DNA of 63,290 bases, the filler included, from Asterionella formosa (Eukaryota), in the NCBI GenBank assembly GCA_002256025.1. It is 14 parts of 14 records of this genome, joined end to end, with 100 filler letters (N's around TTAATTAATTAA, not from the genome) between each part and the next. Parts side by side here need not be neighbours in the genome. Positions count along the whole stretch, not along the records: positions 9,088 to 13,526 come from NKIB01013522.1; positions 13,627 to 18,064 come from NKIB01013523.1; positions 18,165 to 22,596 come from NKIB01013525.1; positions 22,697 to 27,126 come from NKIB01013526.1; 10 more parts are not named here. The stretch is one strand, 5' to 3'. This document shows positions 12,001-24,271 of this stretch, one piece after another. The notes beneath the pieces were generated by a model that saw only the letters and a program-made list of their open reading frames with translations, did not search any database and was not told where the DNA came from. Each line of letters starts with the position of its first letter. The stretch's first letter is position 1. Made by a program: the position numbers and the translations under genes.

Positions 12001-13526
12001 AGGCCAGAGGCCTAGTTGTAGAATGGCGCACCGATCACCACATTGACAACGACGAATACGACCGGGACTACGAGCCTGCCGCACATCAACCTATTGACGA
12101 TTTTAACCCCGCGGATTTTGATGCCATCGATGATCACGAAGTTGCCGATCTGCTCCATGATGGGCCACACCCTACGGTTTTGGACGATGCACCGCTAGTC
12201 GAGCCAAATCCAGTCGACCCGGACCCAGGAGACCCAAACACGATCGAAGTTGATGACGTCGCGCTTGTCTACGATGACTACATACAAATGAACACAACAA
12301 CGAAAACCAAGGAGCGCACTTGGAACAAGGAGCGCCTATGGAAGAGACAGCGACCATTGAAGAAGCCAATCAAGAAGCGGGTTCTGACAACGACTACGAG
12401 GTGGCAGATCAAGGAGCGTTGGCAGGAGAACACAGACCACATAATCCCCGACAGCGCCGGGTAGCCACAAGTGAACAGTTCAAGCAGGCCATTGATGCAC
12501 CACATAGCAACAAGTCATACTTTCCACCAAGACAGTTCGTACAACGCGGATTTCGAACAACGATGCCATACGCAGACAACAACACAAGTAAACATATTTT
12601 TGGGTATGTAATGATCCAGATGACCGCGAAGGCGGGAATAAAGAAACACGGGAAAGCGGCGGAGGCCGCCCTGATGAAAGAATTTGCACAACTAGAGGAG
12701 CTGGATGTGTACGAACCCGTAAGCGCGAACTCCCTTACCAGGGAACAGAGGACGGGAGCGCTCCGAGCCATCAATCTCATCAAAGAGAAGAGAGACAGGC
12801 GCCTCAAGGGGCGTACAGTAGCCGACGGGAGACCGCAGTGATCACTTTATGACAAGTCGCAGACGGCATCTCCAACAGTATCCACCGATGCACTCATGTT
12901 GTCCATCATGATTGATGCACATGAAGGAAGAGATGTCGCCACAGCAGATGTGGCGGGCGCGTATTTGAAAGCAGATATGGATGATTTCATTGTTATGAAA
13001 TTCACTGGTGAATCAGTCGATATACTATGCAACATGAATCCAGAGCACACGAATTTTGTGTCCAACGAGAAAGGAAACAAAGTGTTGTACGTCAGGCTAG
13101 TGAAAGCGATTTATGGGTGCATCGAATCTGCCCTACTATGGTATGATTTATTCCGCAACACCCTAAAAGAGATGGGTTTTGTGTTAAACCCTTACGACTC
13201 TTGCATTGCTAACTGCACAATCAACGGGAAGCAGTGCACGATTGCGTGGTATGTAGATGACAACAAGATTTCGCATGTGGACCTGGACGTCATGACATCA
13301 ATTATCGAAAAAATCGAGGAGCGTTTTGACAAAATGACTGTCACCAGAGGAACAGAGCACATTTTCCTGGGTATGCACATACAATACACAGGCAAGGGCC
13401 CAGCTGTCATTACTATGAAGGAATATCTTAAGGAAGCATTGAGCAAGTCAGGGATGGAAATCACACGGGAAGTGGCCACGCCAGCCCAGAAGTGTCTATT
13501 TGAAGTGGATGAGGAGTCTCCTTTTT
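9088..13526 (+). mobile_element. Ty1/Copia (CoDi-like) LTR retrotransposon with a disrupted gag-pol, truncated by the contig end
   Basis: ATG at 9408. Zinc knuckle CYNCQSLGHYAGDC, protease WILLDSQST, integrase ADFFFV..HADSE..HVGEVERSIR, RT ADVAGAYL..YVDD, in PR-INT-RT order. In-frame stops at 9582, 10923 and 12839, and a frameshift near 12300. Confidence 0.95.
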
Positions 13527-13849
13527 NNNNNNNNNNNNNNNNNNNNNNNNNNNNNNNNNNNNNNNNNNNNTTAATTAATTAANNNNNNNNNNNNNNNNNN
13601 NNNNNNNNNNNNNNNNNNNNNNNNNNACCTTCTTCAGTCCAATGTTGATCCACTTGTTCGTCATTGTGCACTGACAATGATGACATGGTGCTGATTGCTT
13701 GTAAACCTGAAAGGGGATGATGGCAAGCGGAAGTGTAAGAAGAAGTGTATAGAGGATCTTGCATGTCTGTGTTGACTCATGGCAAATCAAGAATTAAGCA
13801 GGTATGTCAGCTATATATTCCATACTGCTACATAATACGCGTAGTTTTC

Positions 13850-14079
13850 CTTCATGGTTTTAGTAATGGAAAATTATCGAAATAGTCTGGAGGGAAGCCT
13901 GGAGGGATATGCACATGATTGTAGCCAGCCCGTAACCGTTGAATTTTCGTGATACTTTTTGGTGATACAATTTCATTTTTATTTTTGTGGAGAATGGATT
14001 TTTCGGTTTAAATCGAGTAGCCGTTACATGATACTTTTTCAAAAAAATGATACAAAATCGAAAATGATAAGAACGACCC
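13850..14079. mobile_element. Right terminus of a family A-related PIF/Harbinger-like element
   Basis: AAATCGAGT..GATAC.TTTTCAAAAAA..ATGATAAGAACGACCC|TTAA parallels 7575-7654. The left limit is approximate. Confidence 0.55.
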
Positions 14080-14599
14080 TTAAAGAGTAAATTGATGACG
14101 TTTTCAATGATTTAAAACGCCTGTCCTGCGTCACGTTATCAATTTCAACAAAATGACCGGAACTTGCAGGTTCAAATCAAGATTCCCTGGTCCTGGCTCA
14201 GTCATCATTAACTTGCTTGAATGCGGTCAGACATGCATACCGGTAGCATGGTAACTTTTAGCACTACGCTTACTACGTTGAATAATGTACTAGCAGAGTT
14301 TGGTAATAAGTGTAGCTAAGTTACGAACTGTGACTGACTACTTGTGTTTCCAAATAACCTGGATGGGGAATGATTCAAAGGACTCAAATGTATTAATTTG
14401 CAACGTGCTGACCCGACCTACCAGGTATCCTTAGACATTCTTCCACAGCAAGCTTATCTCTGGGAAAGGTAGTAGGCAGTATGATATCCAGTAATCTGCC
14501 TGCACTATGTGGATCTGGTAGTTGGCGCATATTGCCGGAGCGAGAGGAGCTTATGGGAAGCAACCATATCCATGCAATTGATCTTGACTGAAAAAAAAA

Positions 14600-16650
14600 A
14601 TTTAGATCTGAGCCTGTGAGAGGCGCAATCATGGATGCTGCATCTAGTATATATTAAGCTACTGTAGTGGCTTTGAGGGTCCAACATAATTGTAGACTGT
14701 GGTCGGAGGTCAAAAGTAGGGTGTGGAGTGCAAGTTGTGTGATACGCCTCTCTGGTGAGACATTGATCAGGAAGATGGGCGAATACAGATGGGATGGGTT
14801 GGTATCTTTAAAGGGGACTCTAAATGTAATGTTGGAATCAAAACAGAACTTGATGTTGCTAGTGAAGACGATGTGCTTGAATAGTAGTCCAAACTTCGAT
14901 GGTAGTTCGACTGTTTCCGTATTGCAAAGTGGAGAGAGAGCTTAGGCCAACTCCAATAAGAGAGTGGGATGAGGGCGGAAAAATTCCCAGTTGGCGATCT
15001 CGGTTTCCTGTAGGACAAACTTAGGTAGTTGTAAGGATAGAACAAGATTGGAGTCAGTGTCAGGGCATGAAAGTAAGTCTTCAGTTCATGGGGTGTAATT
15101 GGCATTGCAGGCGGTGAAGTGTGAGAGTGGCAAGAATGATATAACCTTTCTTGTCCTCTTTGACCACAGCAGTGTAGACGCTGCGTGCCGTTGTGGCTGT
15201 ACCTGGTTGATTGCCATACATTTGGCATAGTTGGTAGTTTTCCTCAGTGGAAGAGACCATGGAGACCCCCTGGTCATAACTTGTTGTAAATGTGCAAAGA
15301 GTGGTTCGTCGAGTAGGGGTCCTGTGGTTTGTAGCACATATTTGGTCTCTTGTTTGGAGGATACATGGGGGCCGCCAAGAATGAAGCAGACCACTGTCGG
15401 TTGGGATGCAGAGGTTTTAGTGTTGCAGCATGCATGCTGTTGTCATGATCTTGCAAGCGTCTTCGAGCTCAGTTTGTAGGTTCCAGCATCTTTTCTGAGG
15501 TTGGAGTGAGCTGAAAGGGATGTGTCACTTGGTGTCGCCGAAGCAAGGTTTGCATGGTATATGCATCATGCCAGGAGGCCTTGTTTAGCAAAGTCATGAG
15601 GCTGGTGTCGCGATCCATTGGAAAAATTCAGATCCACAGCGTGACATCACATCGCATGCATACTGCGATTCAGGATCTCGATTACTAGCTAAAGGAGACG
15701 CTTTCTTCAGAAACAGAGACTCTTGGCGGATTACGACAGCATCCAGGTCTGGTAACGTCTATTGGCACTGAATCGCAATAATGCGTATGGGAAGGTTCCA
15801 GACCCAAAGATATTAAAGCCCATGTTGTTTGCACAAAAACCCGATACAGTACTAGATGCATTCAAAAGCAGCTGAAGGGAGTTTCAGTGGAATTCCTGCA
15901 TGAATATGTTTTAGAAAAGCTGTTGCCAAAAATAATTGTAAGCAAACAGGATAAGACTATGATGATGATTGGCTAGGATAGAGATTATATAGGTGTTGGT
16001 GAAGCGGTAGCAGTAGGATGTGTCCCTCAACTTCTTAACAAGCAATGGTTCCTTGGAGCAAAAGATGGAGGACTTCTTAGAGCGGCATGGAAACCTGGAA
16101 ATTGAAGGGAAGCAAGTGTTCGAATCCCAAGAAGATGAGCCCATTGCTATGTGTTTACAGGTCAAGATGAGCGAAGCTATCTTAGTACTAAGCAGTTCAT
16201 GTCGTTTGTCTCCCAGATGTGGGCTGGTCCAAGTTGTGAACAACTACTGGTGTGGATACTGGTGAAGTAATGATAAGCTCCTTGGTCACCTGAGAGTTTG
16301 GGTTGATGCAAGAGCTGAAACCTAATCTACTAGCTCTTTTAATGACAAGAGACATGGTGGAAGAGAGAACATCAAGAACCTTGGGATCACTGACCAAACT
16401 AGGCTACAAGCCTTCAAGATACTACTATAATGGGAGTATGCACAGAATTTATTAATGAGGAAGGATTGATTCAAGATTTTGGCAGGAAAATAAGGGTAAC
16501 TGTTGTGTTTACATCAAATCTCATGCCGAAATGTCTGGCTGGTAACAAAGACAGAATGGAATAGCTACATGTGGGCATGATGTCCTAAGAGCGAAGACAT
16601 ATTATCACAAATTGCTCCTGTCAAAAAATGAGGAAAGAAGAGATTCAATA
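14600..16650 (-). pseudogene. Highly degenerate retroelement coding remnant, possibly Gypsy integrase region
   Basis: Fragmented minus-strand frames with residual motifs (SWP...FAI; W.DAY) and CpG depletion. The family assignment is weak. Confidence 0.3.
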
Positions 16651-16688
16651 ATCAATGGTGGCTGTGTGACGAGAGCTGTGGTATTTGT

Positions 16689-17630
16689 CAGGAAGTTCCG
16701 GTAATCAGCGCAAATAGCGTGCGGGTTGCTCGTTTTCTGTTCATTGATTCACATATGTACGAGAAAAGGCAGGGGTAAACCCCCAAAAATTGTCGAACCC
16801 CTAAATTTTGCGCCACTCTGTTATTCTTTAAATAGTTGTTTACATACAAGTTAAGCCGTTAGTCGTTTTATTGTCAAAATGAACTTGAAGTCAGCAGTCA
16901 GCGATTTTTTCAAAATTTCAGAGAATCAAGTCAGCAGTCAGCAGTCAGCAAAACGAAGTCCGCAGTCAGTAGTTAGCAAGTTGAAGTCAGCATTTTTACG
17001 ATAGTACATAGTGGTACCAATATGAAGAAGTAGATAGCAATGATTTTTTAGGCATCAATGTCTATTTCACTGTTTTTTATCATTTACAGAGTACCAGGTA
17101 CCTCTGTGTTAATCCCGATAGTATGAATGTAAAAGGCATCGCTTTTAGTATCCCGACAATGAAACAAAGATGCATTTCCATCATTATTCAAATATGAAAA
17201 GTAAACACGATCAATTCATACACCAGTACCAGTAGTTGGTCTCTTACTTTGTACAAAGTAGTTTGCTTGACGTCATCATGTTGCAGTTAGCAGTCAGCAA
17301 CTGCATGTCAGTAGTCAGCAAATGAACTCAGCAGTCAGCGAATATTTTCAAATTTTCAGCAAATCAAGTCAGCAGTTAGCAACAAGAAGTCCGCAGTCAG
17401 CAAGTTGAAGTTGGTAGTCAGCGATTCTGCTGTGAAAGTTGGCAGCGCTTTTCCGTTTGAAACTTTATAACGGTTACAGGTTATATAAAAACATGGAAAT
17501 ATTTTGAGATTCTTCATCATTTCAGAATTGGTGAGCCATTCAGACTTCCAATGAAGTAGGTTGAAACCACTATATGGAATTTTTAGTTTATAGTGTACGC
17601 AATTTTTTTGCAGATTACCAGACTTTCCAG
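16689..17630. mobile_element. TIR element family C (non-autonomous, possibly hAT-related) with AGTCAGC heptamer arrays
   Basis: Termini CAGGAAGTTCCGGTAATCAGCGCA ... TGCAGATTACCAGACTTTCCAG. A full-length inverted copy lies at 46877-47804. Clustered AGTCAGC motifs at 16888-16995 and 17283-17425. Confidence 0.85.
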
Positions 17631-18196
17631 CAGAAATTCTAACTGCACCTAAAATCGGAAAATTTGCAAGATGAGCACATCAAGACTTACTGGCCTACTA
17701 CTGGTACCATGCTGCTGTGGCACACACTGCCTTGACAGTGGCAACAAGATGGAGCTGAAACTGTGCATACAGCAGGACTACCACAAATATGGTCCTACTA
17801 ATACAAAGCTGCTGCAACAATTTTGGACCCATCACTGTGCAATGGACTTTGATTGAAAGTTCATCATGAATGAACTCAACAACAACAAAAATGAGATGTA
17901 TCCATAAAATTTGTTCAAATAATAAATGTTATTTATGTGCAACATTTTACTTAGCTAAAATTATGTGGTACTGATGGTAGTTACGGCGGCTTACAGGTAA
18001 CCCCTTTGTTTATGTGCTGGAGGTGAAAGGAGGACAGAGAAGCACACGGAACAACTGCAATCAANNNNNNNNNNNNNNNNNNNNNNNNNNNNNNNNNNNN
18101 NNNNNNNNTTAATTAATTAANNNNNNNNNNNNNNNNNNNNNNNNNNNNNNNNNNNNNNNNNNNNGTGGAAAAGGAACTACACGACAGATCAAACAC

Positions 18197-20194
18197 ATGA
18201 GATCCGACGACGACATTTCCTATTGCAGCATCACGACGAGTAAGTCTCGTGGTTCTCGCTCTCTACCTGGTGCCTTTGCCATTGATTGGGATGAGATTGA
18301 CAGCATTGCACAAGAATCGATATCGGTATGTTCCTCAGCATCCGGTAGCCACAGAAGACGCAAGAATGCCACCGCAAGTCATCAGCAACAGCAGCAAAAG
18401 TATCGTAGATCCATCTCGCAGAATCAATTAGATTCCAAGGCTGCTTCTCAAAGTCTCGGACGAAGTACGTCATGTACTGGATCCAGGGGGAACAGCAAGG
18501 GACCGGATCATTCAAGAAGTAGATGTGCGGTAATACCTTCGAACTTTCCAAAACGAACAGTGAAACGGGGCGAAGAGACGAGAATGGTGCTCTTGAGGGC
18601 GAAACAAATAGTCCTGATTGGAGGCATGTTTATGATTGTTCTGGTTTCAGTTCACCTCTTTGCGTCTTGTTTGGACCAGTTTTGGACTACGAAAGCTGCA
18701 GTCAGTTTTGCCATCGGGGATCGGCAAGTACGGAAACTATTGGCTAAATCGACACGCGAACACAATACGCGGCATTGGCCAGTCTCTGTCAGTGACGAAG
18801 AAAATGATTTTGAACTGATTACTCACCCAGGGAATACCAAGGTCACCCTATCTGTACCAAGATTCTTTCTCACCAATGAAGTTGGAGACATGCATATACT
18901 GAGTCCAGGTAATGGGATGACAAAGAAGCTCGCAGAAATGGTGGGACGAACGACCGTTGACGGGTCATTAGACTTTTCGGTTCGAACCATCTTTGTGGGA
19001 GTCGCTTCTTTTAGAGATTGGCACTGTCGGTGAGTTTACATGGATTGGTTGTAAAACCTGGGCACTTATAATGTGCTTTCCTTACTCATATCCTCGTCAT
19101 CATATGTCACACTTCCCCACAGCTACACCATTGAATCATTGTTTGCAAGAGCAAAGTTTCCCGAACGCATTAGAATTGGAGTGGTAGATCAGTTAGAGAC
19201 CGGTGAGGGCCAGTCATGCGATGTACCAATCGTCCCTTGTCAACAAAATCCAGAACAAGCCCTTTGTCAATACCGATCACAAATTGATGTTTACGAAATG
19301 GAAGCGAATTTGGCTGTTGGGCCTATGTTTGCTAGGCACATCGTGAATCGTATGTATCGGGGTGAATACTACAATTTACAGATTGACGCACACACAGTCT
19401 TTGTAAAGAATTGGGACGTGGACATGATTGAACAGTTAGAAAGTACCGGAAATGATATGGCAGTGATTTCGACTTATTTAGACGACGCTCTTGGATCCAT
19501 TGATGAGATGTCAGGTACATCAATCCGGAAGTCTCGACCAGTCATCTGTAATGCAGCTTACGAAGGAACTGGAAAAGATCGCTGGTTGCGACATACCATC
19601 ACAGAGCAACCAAACTTGTTGCCTGCTATAAGTGGTACTCCCCAACTCCAGCCATATTGGTCTTCAAGCTTTTCATTTTCTCGGGGTCACTTTGTTCTGA
19701 GCGTTCCATATGATTCCTCGCTACCAATGTTACAACGAGAGGACGAAGAGATTTCCATGGCCATTCGTGCATTCACTAATGGGTACGACTTTTATACACC
19801 TGAACGAAACGTGTGTTTCGACAGTGCCTTCAACGACAGAGATTCGCGAAAGTCCTTTTTAGAGCACAAACAGCTGTACTCAGGCCTCGAAGATGTTTCA
19901 CGGAGAAGGATGCATTGGATTCTTGGAATGGAAACGGAGAAGGAAGAATCAAACCCCCCACATAATTCAAATGAATTGTTTTCAATTGGAAAAGTCCGGG
20001 AGCTATCCAAGTTTTGGAACTCCTTTGGAATTCATGTTCGAGAGAGAATCACTGAGCGCAAATTGTGTAACTTTGTCTCAACTGGTAACATGCATAAAGT
20101 CTTCCACGAACATTTGAAACCAGATGGTATGGGCTTGGATTATTCAAAAATTAATCTCCGATTCCACGAGTTGCAAAATAACCATGAATCATGA
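18197..20194 (+). CDS. GT60-family polypeptide alpha-GlcNAc transferase (GNT1/GNT2/OGNT-like), 2 exons
   Basis: Exons 18197-19029 and 19123-20194, with a GTGAG...CAG intron at 19030-19122 that keeps frame. Motifs IFVGVASFRD, ERIRIGVVDQ, GPMFARH, YRGEYYNLQIDAH, EEISMAIRAFTNGYDFYTP. One N-proximal TM helix. Confidence 0.85.
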
Positions 20195-20423
20195 AAGAGT
20201 AAAATCGAAATGCTTTCTATCCATAGAGCGAAATGAGAGTTATGATGCATGCTTCAAACCGATGGCGCACATCACGATTGCATATTTAGTTGCTAACAGC
20301 TTTCTTAGAGTGACCACCCGTCAGCTTGTCGCTGTGGCGAAAGGGATATGGGCCCGCGCGGAGTACATGGTAGTGGATGTACAACGCAATAACAAAAGAC
20401 TGTTGGCTATAGATTCATTTTTA

Positions 20424-21809
20424 TTAATCTTGTATATTTTTGTCGCCTTGCATTTCCAATAGTTGACCAGTAGTGATCCATTCTCCATTCAACTGCTTGT
20501 GACGAACCACCAACCTCTCAACCGGGGCTAACCACAAATCCTTCCAATCTAGCGTTGTATGTCGTAATTGATATTCAGTGCTTTTGCAAAACTCAGGATC
20601 CCACTGTGCATGAATTTTGCTTGTCAACATGGGCGCACGAAAAAAGGCAGGACAGGTTGCGACATGAATAGATTCCCGACCGTACGCGGCAATGATCTGA
20701 CGAGGCATTACTTTGTCAACAGGTTTGGCTATATGACATCGCATTCGCTTTCCTTTCCACAACAAAGCGCCGACATCATGCCGCAAACCATCCATAAGTG
20801 CCTCATATCCCTCTTTGGAGATCCAGTAGGCATATGCTCCCCATATTGCAGACCCCCCAGGTGTCTTGTGGGCCCTAGCAACACCCTTATCATCCATATC
20901 ATCATTGGCGTCCTCCTTCTCCTCTTGTCCTTCACCAACATCATTTTGAAGATCGCCAAAATCTGCAAGTACGGGGAAAGGAAACACTGTATGATCTATA
21001 CACGATGCATCCTTGACATTTTTGCGTTTGTACGCCATTCGTTTCGCGTGAGTCGAAAGTACCCATGTCAAGTTCGGAATCGAACCCAACCATCCAAAGT
21101 AACGCAGGTGACAAGTTTCCCCCGTTTCCTTTGTAAATTCTTCACTAGCACGTATTGATTCAATAATCCGTTTGGCACTTTGTTCCATTGGTGCTCTCAC
21201 ATTGTCTTCCAAAATGATATCAAAATCTTCATTGACGCACTTTTTCATAGCAATTAAATGAGCTAATGTGCATGCAAGGACAGATCTACCTCGATTTAAT
21301 CCCTTGGCTTTGCGCCATAACTCTACAGAATAGTGTAGCTTAGTATCGTATTCGCTTCCTCTACGGTTGGCTGTGACAGCAACATTCTTTAAAGCATCGT
21401 AGAAGCTGTCATCAGTAACAATAGTAGTCGTAGGTGTTGTTGTTCCCAACTCGTTTAGCTGTTGATCATAACACAAACTCGGTTTCAGCGCTTCATATTC
21501 TTCCTCAGGAATGAGACCAGCTTCATAAGCAATTGGAAAGAACTTGGATCTTGTCCGTAAAGATCGAGCCGTAATTCCGCAAGAAAAGATGGGCTCTTCA
21601 AAATGATCCTTCATTTCTCGAAAGAGATTTCGAATTTGTATTTCTCGTTCTCCACCCATAGAAATTACCAATGGTCGGAGGAGTTTTCTGTTGTTATTGC
21701 TGAGATGTGGTGGAGAATCCCCCGTACTGTCATCATCGTCATTCCTCATCACCATGTTCAACATTTTTGCCTTTCTCGGCACGATCCTAATTGTTCGTAC
21801 ATGATGCAC
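20424..21809 (-). CDS. Glycosyltransferase family 25-like protein
   Basis: 461-aa ORF with ACTLAHLIAM, DIILEDN, GAYAYWISKEG and PVD, matching the GT25 pattern GCxxSH/ILEDD/xxAYxIS/PxD. Confidence 0.65.
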   Translation of the reverse strand: MHHVRTIRIVPRKAKMLNMVMRNDDDDSTGDSPPHLSNNNRKLLRPLVISMGGEREIQIRNLFREMKDHFEEPIFSCGITARSLRTRSKFFPIAYEAGLIPEEEYEALKPSLCYDQQLNELGTTTPTTTIVTDDSFYDALKNVAVTANRRGSEYDTKLHYSVELWRKAKGLNRGRSVLACTLAHLIAMKKCVNEDFDIILEDNVRAPMEQSAKRIIESIRASEEFTKETGETCHLRYFGWLGSIPNLTWVLSTHAKRMAYKRKNVKDASCIDHTVFPFPVLADFGDLQNDVGEGQEEKEDANDDMDDKGVARAHKTPGGSAIWGAYAYWISKEGYEALMDGLRHDVGALLWKGKRMRCHIAKPVDKVMPRQIIAAYGRESIHVATCPAFFRAPMLTSKIHAQWDPEFCKSTEYQLRHTTLDWKDLWLAPVERLVVRHKQLNGEWITTGQLLEMQGDKNIQD

Positions 21810-22696
21810 ACATATTCTGTTGTACCCCTCTACTTAGTAAAAAGACTTGGCCACATCTTATCGGCTGTAGCTCGTTGTTGATATCATAGTTGTGAAGATA
21901 CACTCCTATATACCGGTATCTGGTAGTCTACAAACATCCTACATCCGTACATGGGAACTTGCGGTTACGGACCAGGTACCACCCCTTAGGAGTTCACCAC
22001 CGTAAATGTAAAGTATCACATACGTATCATGACCATCACACATGCTACCTGGTAAGTACGGAGTACCGGTACCAGGTACCAGGGTACAGTACTAATAACT
22101 GTGCAGGAGTCGTACGTGTAGACTGGCAATGACAAGCTTTTACCCCAGTTTTTGTCTACTTTTTAATATCAGTAGTAGCCGGTCCTGTGCCGTATTTAGT
22201 GTCAGTATTGCTGGTTGGACCAAAAAAAAGGTTCAAAGCAAGAAACTAATAAACTCCCTCCATAGTGTTAGTGTATATGCCATTCGTCTAATGGTACACA
22301 TGGAACAAGCAAGTTGCAGAGAATCTATAAAACTCCCCGCCGACAGTTGCTATCATAGATGTCGACGTATCGGATTCCTGAAGACGGAAATCGCTCAATC
22401 AAGAAACCGTCGACAATGGCCACACCCTTAGACTGCTATTTATAGCTTGCTTGCCTTTCTACTCCGACTTCACTGTGAGCGGCGTACTGTCCTCTCCAAG
22501 GACAAGCCAGTTGTCGTCGCTACTGCTCCACATCAGACCGTTGCATGTTTGCACTCCGCAAATCTTTACCTAAAGACATTTGCCAGTCCAGACTACNNNN
22601 NNNNNNNNNNNNNNNNNNNNNNNNNNNNNNNNNNNNNNNNTTAATTAATTAANNNNNNNNNNNNNNNNNNNNNNNNNNNNNNNNNNNNNNNNNNNN

Positions 22697-23240
22697 TACT
22701 CTGATCAAATAATGAACATGATGTATTCAGATAATATATAGATATATTCAAGTAAGCATTTTGATGTATTCAACTAATTCATGTGATCCATTCAAAATCA
22801 ACTAGGCTTATTTACGTGATGGTTACTTCACGTAATACGCGGCTTAGATGAACGATGCTATCAGAATGAATTCTGTGCAACAACGGTGAGTTCCTTGTTG
22901 CCATTCCGATTTGAATGCTCTACCGGTACATGCTTCAGAGTGCTGTATTGATCATAAGCATATTGTATGATCTATTGATTTGAAACTCATTGATATATAT
23001 GTGATGAGTGTATACTGAATGTGCTTCGTTATTAATGTTACAAATGCAATCGATTACATATTACATAATATGCATGTGATCGATGCTAAGCATACGTAAG
23101 ATCAATGCAACAATATTAATCAATCAATCAGTTGTTTTGTATGATCAATCAGTATTTTTGTATGATCAATCACTATTTTTTTATGATCAATCAAAAATTG
23201 GTACGTCATACTGAGAATTTTTGGGGCAGTGGGTCTTACA
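22697..23240 (-). mobile_element. Partial LTR, probably Gypsy
   Basis: The minus strand begins TGTAAGACCC at 23240. 22697-22850 is shared with 31966-32119, which abuts a Gypsy RT. Internal TGATCAATCA repeats. Confidence 0.6.
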
Positions 23241-23664
23241 GCAAAACTGTTAGGGCTAACGGTTTTTTAATTACAGACGCACTGTTAGAACATCACTGAC
23301 ACATGTTTGTTTTTAATCTTTCAGGATAATTTTAATCAAACAGTTTTGTTGTAAGTTTTAAATGACATTGGTGGAAAGGTTTATTGATGTGTACTTATGT
23401 GATCATTGACTGACACATTATTTTACAGAATTATGCGAAAAGTTCATCGATTTCTGGTAAGTGAAGCATGATGAAATGGGACAACAGCAGTATTGAGGTA
23501 TAAACAAAACATGGCTAACAAGTGAGTAATTCCTTCTCATTGTTAGTATAATTAGGAAATCGAAATGGATAAAACAGGAACGGAATAGCGCATGCGAATT
23601 CAGAATTGGATCAAAAGGAAATGGTTTTTGCAGCAAGTAGTCAGACGAGTTTCAGAATCAGAGA

Positions 23665-23912
23665 GGAAGGGAGGCGGGAGGCATGAATCAAGAGCTTTGA
23701 AGGGAGGCATGCATCCTCAAGAGCATTGAAGGGAAGTGGGGGGGCATGCATCTTCAAGAGCATTGAAGGGAAGTGGGAAGCATGCATCTTCAAGAGCATT
23801 GAAGGGAAGCGGGAAGCATGCATCAAGAGCATTGAAGGGAGGCGGGGGAGGCATGTATCCTCACAAGCATTGAAGGGCAACGGGCAAGGGAGGCATGCAT
23901 CTTCAAGAGTAT
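23665..23912. repeat. Minisatellite with a ~33-bp unit (GCATGCATCTTCAAGAGCATTGAAGGGAAG.GG), about 7 copies
   Basis: Directly visible tandem copies. Confidence 0.9.
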
Positions 23913-23997
23913 TGAGACAATAGAAATGGGGAACATTGACTGTTTAACTGCACAAAATCTAGAAACATAAAAATGATTTTGTGATATAACAATAAAA

Positions 23998-24091
23998 TTA
24001 CAATCCATTTCAACCTTTTTTCAACAGCTATTTCGATTAGAGTTACAATCCATTTCAACCTATTTTCAACTGCTATTTCGATTAGAGTTAC
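23998..24091. repeat. 45-bp tandem duplication
   Basis: TTACAATCCATTTCAACCT.TTTTCAAC.GCTATTTCGATTAGAG occurs twice. Confidence 0.85.
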
Positions 24092-24257
24092 CATCATATA
24101 AGTATAGATAGATGGTAAAAGAATGTATATCATAGGATACTGTTTTGTTTATTATATGGTGTTTTGATTATTAGTATGAGTAAGCTTAGCCTGTTCACTT
24201 TCAAAGTATGCATTTATCATACATATAACGAAAAATGCATCATGCACAGAAATGAAT

Positions 24258-24271
24258 GGACAGAGGGAGTA
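24258..24271. mobile_element. Stowaway/mariner-type TIR end (GGACAGAGGGAG|TA)
   Basis: Exact reverse complement of TA|CTCCCTCTGTCC at 46095-46108. It matches the CTCCCTCYGTYC consensus of Stowaway/DD39D mariner ends. Confidence 0.55.

Noticed and set aside
23665..23912. 33-bp repeats as CRISPR or as a repetitive protein (ORFs 23641-23880 and 23726-23923)
   Set aside because: There are no spacers, and the ORFs are by-products of the minisatellite.
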